Virus record (IMG/VR): IMGVR_UViG_3300029718_000386
DNA length: 41,033 nucleotides
Reading direction: 5' to 3' (one strand)
Source of the DNA: a virus
Lineage: Duplodnaviria > Heunggongvirae > Uroviricota > Caudoviricetes
Below the pieces are notes generated by a model. That model was not told where the DNA came from, searched no databases, and was given only the letters and a program-made list of their open reading frames with translations. Position numbers and translations under genes: made by a program. Within the stretch, counting starts at the first letter, position 1. Each line of letters starts with the position of its first letter. Below, piece by piece: positions 20,195-27,514 of the stretch.

Positions 20195-20492
20195 AGCTGA
20201 GCTCTCCTTTCTAAAAAAATGATAGAATGTTTGTACTTATTAATACTTTGAAAACTCTAAAAGTTGAAAATATCATAACACAATGCGATGATTAACTGAT
20301 TGTTATCCGAGAATGAATCATCAAGCAGTACAAAATGTGCCCAATAGTTAATACCGCGAAAATAAGAAAAGCAGCAAAAAATGCCAAATTATCCATCAAT
20401 GTTAGACAAAACTGCATAGTTATGTCTAAATTCAGTTTTCAAAAAAAGACAAAGAAAAAAGGAGAGACACAAGCCCCTCCCTTTCGTTAAAA

Positions 20493-21914
20493 TTAAGCAT
20501 CAAATTCCACAATGTAATTGAGCAGAATTGCCGCCTCATCGTAGAATACGATTTCATCGTTGTACAGTTGCGTTCCTGCGTGTGCGTGAACGCAGTTCTT
20601 GCCGATTGACTTCAAATACGTTTGGTCATATCTGTGTGCGCAAGTGACATTCAAAGGCGTGCCGATTGCGCAAGCATACAAACCCATAAATGCAGTATCA
20701 GAAGTACCACGAGCCCAGTAGCTACCATAAGATGATGTATATCCCCATGATTTCGACGGACTGGGAGCAAAATAAATTCCGTCACCGAACATTTTACCGG
20801 TGATTACAGCATTTGGTCTCAACATAAGCCCATTGCTCACAATTGACAGCCAATTTTCATTTCTGCTGCCGTGCCAGAGCTGTTTTACCTTTCGGATATG
20901 GTTATCTTCAAGATATTTATTAAATCGCTCTTTCTGTCGTTTTGCAATCACTCGATAAATGTTGCGAACTTTCGGTCGAAGCGTGTCGTTAAGATGCTTC
21001 AGGACTTCTTCTCGCTGCTTTTCTGTTGCGTAATGTACCTTAACGCCCAACATATCAAATCCATCGATTTTGGCCTTGTGTGACTTGTCAGATGCAGATC
21101 CGGCCACAGCTTCCATTGCCATCAAAAGAGAGTCCTCTCGATTGACGATGTTCTCAAAATCAGATACACCTTTTGCGAGTAGGTCGCTTACCTTGTAGAC
21201 GCGTCGCGGTGAGACCTCCAAAATCTTCAGGAGTTGCGTGTTGAATTTATCTACATCGTCCGTGATTGCGTACAATTCAGACAGTAATTCCCGAGTTTTT
21301 TCAACCATAGACTTTGTTACATTGGATGAAATACACGACTCACGAATTACGTGTCGAGAATACGCCTTCAGCGTGTTATAAAGCTTCACTGCAGGGCTGT
21401 TGCCGTCAACGCTATTTGTCGTCTTTTCAGATGGCTCTGATGCGTCTTTTGTGTCCTCTGCAAGATAGACGTCAGACATATCCTTATAACCTTTTGCAAG
21501 CTTTTCAGCGAGCTTGATGTAGTACATATGTTTTGGATAATAATGTGTACGCTCACCAAACACCTCGCTACTTGAAGCCCCGATGCGGCCATATGTAGCC
21601 AAGACTTGTCCGCCACCACAATCCTCGAGTTTGTAGAACTTATAATTGTTATGTTCCGGATTAACCATAACCAAATATACGGTTCCAAGCGTCTCGCTGT
21701 CCGGTATGGAAATATCGTTATATTCTTCTCGGACAAAGAATGCACCGCCGCCAGGAATTAACTGAAAACGAGCGTTTCCAATAGGCGTGTTGATGGTTAC
21801 TGTATCCGGTGCTTGCAGTTGCGCAATGCGGTTTGCAATCACCTTAAACACATCTCCTGGCTCCACATTGTCAATCACAAATGAATCCGTAGTTGTTGAA
21901 AAATTGACTTGCAT
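20493..21914 (-). CDS. WGR-domain poly(ADP-ribose) polymerase (PARP)
   Basis: WGR (NNYKFYKL…ATYGRIG…EKLAKGY), helical region, catalytic LWHGSR…GKMFGDGIYFA…KSWGY…YNDEIVFYD with H-Y-E triad. Confidence 0.92.
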   Translation of the reverse strand: MQVNFSTTTDSFVIDNVEPGDVFKVIANRIAQLQAPDTVTINTPIGNARFQLIPGGGAFFVREEYNDISIPDSETLGTVYLVMVNPEHNNYKFYKLEDCGGGQVLATYGRIGASSSEVFGERTHYYPKHMYYIKLAEKLAKGYKDMSDVYLAEDTKDASEPSEKTTNSVDGNSPAVKLYNTLKAYSRHVIRESCISSNVTKSMVEKTRELLSELYAITDDVDKFNTQLLKILEVSPRRVYKVSDLLAKGVSDFENIVNREDSLLMAMEAVAGSASDKSHKAKIDGFDMLGVKVHYATEKQREEVLKHLNDTLRPKVRNIYRVIAKRQKERFNKYLEDNHIRKVKQLWHGSRNENWLSIVSNGLMLRPNAVITGKMFGDGIYFAPSPSKSWGYTSSYGSYWARGTSDTAFMGLYACAIGTPLNVTCAHRYDQTYLKSIGKNCVHAHAGTQLYNDEIVFYDEAAILLNYIVEFDA

Positions 21915-21975
21915 ATTTTTTCTCCTTTCTCTAAATACGCATCCCCGACAAAGATGTCGGGGATGTTTGAATTAT

Positions 21976-23073
21976 TTAGGCGGCCTTGCGCAAGCGCATC
22001 GGCAGAACCATTACATCTGTGTTTTCATCTTGTACACGAATCGGTGAAATCGAGTTTTTCAGACCAATCTGTAGGTTGTCAGTATCACAAGCCGCGATAC
22101 TGTCAAGTAAAAAACGGCTGTTAACGCCGATTTCAATTGGTTCGTTGTTTCCGGATCTATCATCCAGGTCACAAGACGTTTTTACATGGCCACGTGCAGA
22201 ATAAGACTGTACAACCAGTTTGTCACCAAAGGTTAACTTAAGCGGTGTTTTAGCTGCATTGTCTACGATAGGCAAAGCAGACTTAATGGCCTGCTCTAAA
22301 TTCTTCTTCGACACGGTTACAGTTTCAGCAATGTCATAAGCCATTGCCCGTTTATAATCAATAAAGGCGTCCGAAAAAGTTCGTGCGATATACTGAATTT
22401 CGTCAATACAAGCGACATTGTATCGCTTTCCAACATAAATTCGTACTTTGTCGCCAATTACAGACGCTATTGCGCGTGCAACAGTTTTGTCCAACGTGAA
22501 ACATAACGGCTCGCTACAGCTCCCAGAAAGTTTTGCAATGCTGACACGATATCCATCGCAGCCAACTACCTGAACATCCTTGCCACTGGTCTCAATATGG
22601 ACACCTGAAACCGCAGCATTGGTACCGGAAGCACAGCAAGGAGCAACCTTTTTATAGGCGCTTTTGAAATCCTGCAAGTCAATCTCCACCCAAGGTAATG
22701 CATTCATGTCTTGCACACTCGGCATTTCAGGGAATAAGGATGCATCCGTCAACGGAAGTTCATAAGAACAAGACCCGGATCGGAACATACAATTAGAACC
22801 AACCACTTCTAAGCAAATGATGTCATCCCCCACATTGCTTAAAATATCCATCAGCATTTTTGCAGGCAACACCAATTCGCCAGGTGCAATAATTCGAGCA
22901 TCCATATTACAGGAAACGGAGTTTGTAAAGTCGTATGCGAACATCTTTGCCTCATCAGATGAAGCGGAAATCAACACACACTCTACAATCGGAGTTGAGG
23001 ACGTATGAGCCACCATCGGTGCACATACAGCTACGACTCTTTTCAGTTCTTCTTTTGTAATTTCAATTTTCAT
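21976..23073 (-). CDS. dnaN: DNA polymerase III beta sliding clamp (divergent)
   Basis: About 365 aa, three-domain pattern; GCDGYRVS, FIDYKR, IGVNSRFLLD, C-terminal VLPMR; SD AAGGAG before ATG 23073. Confidence 0.88.
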   Translation of the reverse strand: MKIEITKEELKRVVAVCAPMVAHTSSTPIVECVLISASSDEAKMFAYDFTNSVSCNMDARIIAPGELVLPAKMLMDILSNVGDDIICLEVVGSNCMFRSGSCSYELPLTDASLFPEMPSVQDMNALPWVEIDLQDFKSAYKKVAPCCASGTNAAVSGVHIETSGKDVQVVGCDGYRVSIAKLSGSCSEPLCFTLDKTVARAIASVIGDKVRIYVGKRYNVACIDEIQYIARTFSDAFIDYKRAMAYDIAETVTVSKKNLEQAIKSALPIVDNAAKTPLKLTFGDKLVVQSYSARGHVKTSCDLDDRSGNNEPIEIGVNSRFLLDSIAACDTDNLQIGLKNSISPIRVQDENTDVMVLPMRLRKAA

Positions 23074-23117
23074 TGAAAAATCTCCTTTTTGTATAATGAT
23101 ATTTTTAAAGTTACAAC

Positions 23118-23151
23118 AAAAAAGCAGCCAATCCTGAATGGAATGACTGCT
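23118..23151 (-). terminator. Leader terminator upstream of dnaN
   Basis: AGCAGTCATTCC…GGATTGGCTGCT + T5, downstream of TGTGGTACAAT (23184-23174). Confidence 0.7.
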
Positions 23152-23205
23152 ACACACTTATAACTCTATTAAAATTGTACCACAAACAAAATAAGAACAG
23201 AAATG

Positions 23206-23727
23206 TTAGGCTTTGTTGGTCAACCCAGAAGCTTTAATCTGCCCTCTGTCTGCCCAATATGGAACAATCAGCTTGTCTTTCGTGTTTTTAAATTCCACTT
23301 CTCTACCAAGCATCGTCTTTTCTTCTACTTTGCCATAAATGATCTTGAACAAACCAAAGTTCTTAATTTGAGTCACATCATCTTCCTTGATAACATACTC
23401 ATAGAATTTTTTGTGTTTTTCGTAAAGGACTGTATCATTCGTGTGCTTTTTATCATAGACGATTCGTTTACCGCCAATGTAAAAATCATAATAACGCGTT
23501 CTAATACGCAATACGATTTCAGCAATCAAAAATACAAGGCCGACTCCAAACAGGCAAAGGGCATCAATCATATAAACAAACTGCCCAGAGCCGCGCACAT
23601 ACAGCAATGCAAGCAGTGCTGATAGGAAGAAAATAATTTCCATCAAATTCATGAGATAGAAAGACTTTTTAGGAATTTCGTTCTTTTGCTTTTTAATTTG
23701 TTCTTTCGTTGTTTTGCTTTTCGGCAT
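23206..23727 (-). CDS. Two-TM membrane protein, hypothetical
   Basis: Two N-terminal hydrophobic helices and a soluble C-terminal domain; overlaps the end of the upstream gene. Confidence 0.7.
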   Translation of the reverse strand: MPKSKTTKEQIKKQKNEIPKKSFYLMNLMEIIFFLSALLALLYVRGSGQFVYMIDALCLFGVGLVFLIAEIVLRIRTRYYDFYIGGKRIVYDKKHTNDTVLYEKHKKFYEYVIKEDDVTQIKNFGLFKIIYGKVEEKTMLGREVEFKNTKDKLIVPYWADRGQIKASGLTNKA

Positions 23728-24172
23728 TCTTTTCTCGCTCCTTTAGTTTTTCCTGAACATTGATATATCTGATTTTTGTGCCGGTTCTCTTTTGCATACC
23801 AAGAACAGACTGCACATATTCGTCGAAGTTCTTACCATCTATTCTACTCAAAAGAATATTCTTTGATGTTTCATTTTGATCGACCAGAACATTAGTTTCC
23901 TGCGTTAGCGATGCAAGTTCAGATGTCTTGGCGCTAATTTGTGCTTTTACAAAGACACCAACTGACAGACACACGAAAATAATGAATATCGCTAATGTGG
24001 AAGACAAGACCTGCCGTTTTGTGTATACCGGCGTTTTCTTTGTATGCTTTTGTTTGTTTTGTGTCACAACTTTAACTGCTACACGATTCGTTTTTGTTTG
24101 GCTAAACGAACGAATGCTATCTTCAAGAGCAGCACGTTCCAGTTGTTGTTGATAGGGTCTTGCACTTGCCAT
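23693..24172 (-). CDS. FtsL/DivIC-like bitopic coiled-coil protein
   Basis: Basic cytoplasmic N-terminus, one TM, heptad coiled coil, ending …DEYVQSVLGMQK…IRYI as in clostridial FtsL-like proteins. Confidence 0.6.
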   Translation of the reverse strand: MASARPYQQQLERAALEDSIRSFSQTKTNRVAVKVVTQNKQKHTKKTPVYTKRQVLSSTLAIFIIFVCLSVGVFVKAQISAKTSELASLTQETNVLVDQNETSKNILLSRIDGKNFDEYVQSVLGMQKRTGTKIRYINVQEKLKEREKNAEKQNNERTN

Positions 24173-24720
24173 TAGCAGACCTCAAAGTTGGTAAAACCGC
24201 CATTTGCGTTTCGTGTAACAAGACAAACTGTGTCCTCATCATTGAGATATACAAAAAAGGCAAATCCTTCCCCTTGCAGCCGATCAATAGCGGCGTCTGT
24301 ACACATCCGCTCAACTGGCAGAACTTTATCGGTAATATGTACTTTTTGATCATATGGCGTCTTTGCGTTGTCGTGTTTAACCTCCGGCTTTGGTTGGATC
24401 GGAAACACAACACTCTGGACAGATACCACATTGTTAAGCCTGGTCTTAATCTTTCTGATTTTGCGAATAACATCATCACAGGCCAAACGCACTGCAATTT
24501 TCTTTTCAGATCCCATGCCTTCCCCGATAACTTTATATCCCCTGTATGCACAAGAGACTTTAGCAGCCACACCATCTATACCAGAATTTTCCAGTTTACA
24601 CGGCGTTATGTTCACCACTACGTCTTCATGCACCGGTAAAAGACGCTGAATTCTGTCTGTATTTTTTTCAATATCGTCTAATTCTTTTCGAGTCACATCG
24701 ACTCCATAATATGTCAGCAT
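24172..24720 (-). CDS. hpf: Long-form ribosome hibernation promoting factor (HPF/RaiA-like), divergent
   Basis: N-domain (GVDVT…RKIRKIKTRL) and C-terminal dimerisation domain (MCTDAAIDRLQGEGFAFFVYLN…CLVTRNANGGF). Confidence 0.75.
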   Translation of the reverse strand: MLTYYGVDVTRKELDDIEKNTDRIQRLLPVHEDVVVNITPCKLENSGIDGVAAKVSCAYRGYKVIGEGMGSEKKIAVRLACDDVIRKIRKIKTRLNNVVSVQSVVFPIQPKPEVKHDNAKTPYDQKVHITDKVLPVERMCTDAAIDRLQGEGFAFFVYLNDEDTVCLVTRNANGGFTNFEVC

Positions 24721-24750
24721 AAATAAACACCTCGCTTTGTTTTATCATTG

Positions 24751-24777
24751 AAAAAGGGCCTTGGTTTCCCAAAGCCC
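24751..24777 (-). terminator. Intrinsic terminator
   Basis: AGGGCTTTGG GAAA CCAAGGCCCT TTTT. Confidence 0.8.
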
Positions 24778-24789
24778 TGAAAGTTCAAA

Positions 24790-25866
24790 TTATTTTGTTT
24801 TTATACTCTTCGCTTTGGACCAGCCAGAATAAAAAGTCTTGGTTTTACCGTTCACTTTTGCTTTCTTGTAGGTCCGAACTCGAACATAATATTTTTTCTT
24901 TGCTTTGAGCTTCTTGATTTTCTTACTGGTTGTACTGTTTTTACCAACGGTCACTGTCTTCGCACTTTTGAAATTCTTGGCAGTAGAATACTGAATTTGA
25001 TACCCTGTCACTTGGGCTTTCTTCTTTTTCCACTTAACAGTAAGTGCTTTGCGGCTACCTGACACAGATTTTACGGAAGTGCCGGTTGGCATAATGTAAA
25101 ATTTTGTCTTATAAGAGCCGTAATACGGATACCCCTTCATTTTAACGGAGATATCATATCGTCCAACATTCTTTCTGCCAGATGGATATTTGACAGTGTA
25201 ATACTTCGAACTTACCGTTTTCCCGTTTGCGTCCTTCACAATGACACGCGGCTTCTTGACCTTACCGTTGTATGTGTATTTTCTGGTGGAGACACTTACG
25301 GATTTGATCTTTGTGTAGGTTCTGCGGTGTTTACACATCGTACACTCGTCATATCTTCCATTCTTGGCAGTATGGGATTTGTAAGTGTGATTGTGTGGGT
25401 ACAGAGACACAGAATGTTCTGCATATTCCGGTAATAGCGTAATGTTTGCCATTTGCTCGGTAAGCAATAAATAATAGCTAATGCCCTTTGTCATATATGC
25501 AGCACTTTCAACATCCATATCCCCTGTTGAAGTGTTAATGCTCTGGTCACGAATGGTCTGATACTTTCCGGTAGCCGGATCGAAGTCTTTGATCAGCTTA
25601 ACATTCGCTTTTGCATTTGTGGAACTGATGTACATATAATATTGCACAAACCCGGAAACCTCCGGCACAATACGCAACATTGTATACTGCTCCGTTGCAG
25701 ACACATTGATAAAGCTTGTTTTGTTTGAGTTTGTATTTGTCGTTTCAGCAGCTGCATATGCGTTTTTTAATGCCTGCGTTGAATCTGTTGCAGCATAGGC
25801 TACAGAACTCGAACCAAAAGCCATAACGGCGCTTAAAGCGACCGCAAAAATTTTCTTTAAGTTCAA
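24790..25866 (-). CDS. Secreted surface protein with C-terminal FN3 domain
   Basis: Signal peptide …VAYA|A; YTYNGKVKKP repeat; C-terminal FN3 similar to that of 7685-11242. Confidence 0.8.
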   Translation of the reverse strand: MNLKKIFAVALSAVMAFGSSSVAYAATDSTQALKNAYAAAETTNTNSNKTSFINVSATEQYTMLRIVPEVSGFVQYYMYISSTNAKANVKLIKDFDPATGKYQTIRDQSINTSTGDMDVESAAYMTKGISYYLLLTEQMANITLLPEYAEHSVSLYPHNHTYKSHTAKNGRYDECTMCKHRRTYTKIKSVSVSTRKYTYNGKVKKPRVIVKDANGKTVSSKYYTVKYPSGRKNVGRYDISVKMKGYPYYGSYKTKFYIMPTGTSVKSVSGSRKALTVKWKKKKAQVTGYQIQYSTAKNFKSAKTVTVGKNSTTSKKIKKLKAKKKYYVRVRTYKKAKVNGKTKTFYSGWSKAKSIKTK

Positions 25867-25926
25867 TATAATCAACCCCCCTTGTCGGTCACTAAAATTA
25901 TAGCAAGATTTAACAAAAAAGAAAAA

Positions 25927-26483
25927 TCATGCAACATTTTTCTGTGTTTTGGGCACATCCAGGTGTTCCAAAATGATTTGACGAGGAAGAAAATTGCAGC
26001 ACAAATACACGCTTTTAAAATTGATTTTATTGTCAATAGCACCGTTATTTAGAAACCGCATTCGATAATCAAACATCAGAATTTGCATTTCTCTGTTGCG
26101 GTCCATAAAGATTTGTACAGGAGCCGCGTCGTTAAACCACGTTGCAGAGCAAATTAGTGCAAACGGTTTGCCCAGATCCAAGGCTCGCTCGAAGATTTTC
26201 TTTTTGCCTGTGAACGGAGGATTAGATACTATCACATCCCAATGTTCGTCCGGTTCAAAAGAGTAGAAGTCTTGCCCGTTGTCGATGTGCGAACAAATGA
26301 CCTTATTGCCGTTTGCAACAATCTGTTGCACAAATTCCGAGTTTCCTTATCAAACGGGCACCACACTACAGCGTCTTTTGGTATGTACTTGATGATTGGT
26401 TTTACGCCATAAGGCAATGTATAACACTCGTCATTTTTGCCCTTTGTATACAAAATTTCGCTTGATTTTTTGATGATATTCAC
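25927..26483 (-). pseudogene. Phage-type DNA adenine methyltransferase, frameshifted
   Basis: NDECYT…VWCPFD in one frame and GQDF…IVSNPPF in another; one extra A at GGAAAC (26341-26346) restores PFDKENSEFVQ. Confidence 0.75.
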
Positions 26484-26489
26484 CTCTCT

Positions 26490-26522
26490 AAAAGAAAGAG
26501 AGAGGCCAGATGGCCTCTCTCC
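26490..26522 (-). terminator. Terminator after nrdD
   Basis: GAGAGAGGCCA TC TGGCCTCTCTC TTTCTTTT. Confidence 0.8.
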
Positions 26523-26529
26523 TTAATTG

Positions 26530-26598
26530 TTATAAATGCAGAACTCGATCTTTGATCTCTTGTGTCCTGCCTTGATTCCAGTATTGTGTTCCGATATA
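26530..26598 (-). CDS. nrdD: Anaerobic ribonucleotide reductase, exon 2 (22 aa; not in ORF track)
   Basis: YIGTQYWNQGRTQEIKDRVLHL* completes the glycyl-radical motif RRTCG|YIG. Confidence 0.93.
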   Translation of the reverse strand, partial: YIGTQYWNQGRTQEIKDRVLHL

Positions 26599-27514
26599 CA
26601 AATCAATACCCTCGGTTTCCCGATATTATGATTATTAAACGGGTTTGGACTATACCTTATGTTCTCTCCATTCGTTCTGGTTGAGCAACACCAATAATTA
26701 TAGTCTCTGCACCTTTCCAAACTTAAGCAGCAATGTTATGATGATACTTTCGAATACGATTTGAAACATATTCTCGAATTTCCGTCTTTCTTCTCTCCGG
26801 CAAATCCGGCTCTGGTTTTGGGAAACGATATTCACAAAAAAGAATCGTTTCAGCGAACCATCTGGCGTAAAGCGCATCGCATTCGTCAATGTATACGCCC
26901 AGGTTTATCATTCTTTGGTCGATTTTGATATACGCATAGAATTTACCGTTCTTTGTAAGTGATACACCCTTGTAATTCACATTCATCTGGTTTTGTGATT
27001 TCGTCACAATGCGCAGATTGGATTTTCTGTTATCCAACGGATTGCCATTTATGTGATCCACAAATTCATTTGTGTTTAAGATGCGCCTGTGTAAGAAAAC
27101 AGTCGAGCCGGAATGTTTTGACCAATTTACAACATATTGGCCGCCACTTTTCAATCTCCATTTCGTAAAACGCACCTTGTCTACATCATCAGCGTCAATA
27201 ATTGCTTGCGCGACCACATTGTACGACTTATCATAAAGGTCAATATACGCAACATCACCAACAACCGTAATCTCATTTAGATCATAGATGGTTCTTGGGC
27301 TTGTATCTAAGGGCTTTCCGTATTTTTTGATTTGGTTATAGTGTTTATTACACAAATGCTGTCCGTAATATCCAATTGCGTGCAGCAAGTGTCTTCCACA
27401 TACATCACATTGCTTGTTTTTGTTTTGACTTGGCTCAGGATAATCTATCTTGTTATAAGAGTGAACTTCCCCTGAATTTCTATTGTTTGATAATGTGGCT
27501 ATATCGGTTTGTTT
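26599..27514 (-). mobile_element. Group I intron in nrdD (916 nt) with HNH endonuclease ORF
   Basis: 5' exon UGUGGU pairs with IGS GCCACA; P10 CCGAUAUA pairs with 3' exon UAUAUCGG; P AAUUCAGGGGAA, Q AUCCUGAGCCAAG, R GUGCAGAGACUA, S AAGGUAUAGUCC; terminal G. Confidence 0.93.
26723..27514 (-). CDS. Intron-encoded HNH (AP2-like C-terminus) homing endonuclease, in frame with nrdD exon 1
   Basis: CDVC…CNKH zinc-finger-like segment; LHRRIL…VDHINGNPLDNRKSNLRIVT…N; YKGV…YAYI…INLG AP2-like tail. Confidence 0.85.
   Translation of the reverse strand, partial: KQTDIATLSNNRNSGEVHSYNKIDYPEPSQNKNKQCDVCGRHLLHAIGYYGQHLCNKHYNQIKKYGKPLDTSPRTIYDLNEITVVGDVAYIDLYDKSYNVVAQAIIDADDVDKVRFTKWRLKSGGQYVVNWSKHSGSTVFLHRRILNTNEFVDHINGNPLDNRKSNLRIVTKSQNQMNVNYKGVSLTKNGKFYAYIKIDQRMINLGVYIDECDALYARWFAETILFCEYRFPKPEPDLPERRKTEIREYVSNRIRKYHHNIAA

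Noticed and set aside
20295..20400. DnaA boxes upstream of Rep (TTATCCGAG, TTATCCATC)
   Set aside because: Two or more mismatches to TTATCCACA and no cluster.
26335..26350. Programmed -1 frameshift in the methyltransferase
   Set aside because: No X XXY YYZ slippery heptamer or long homopolymer at the shift site.
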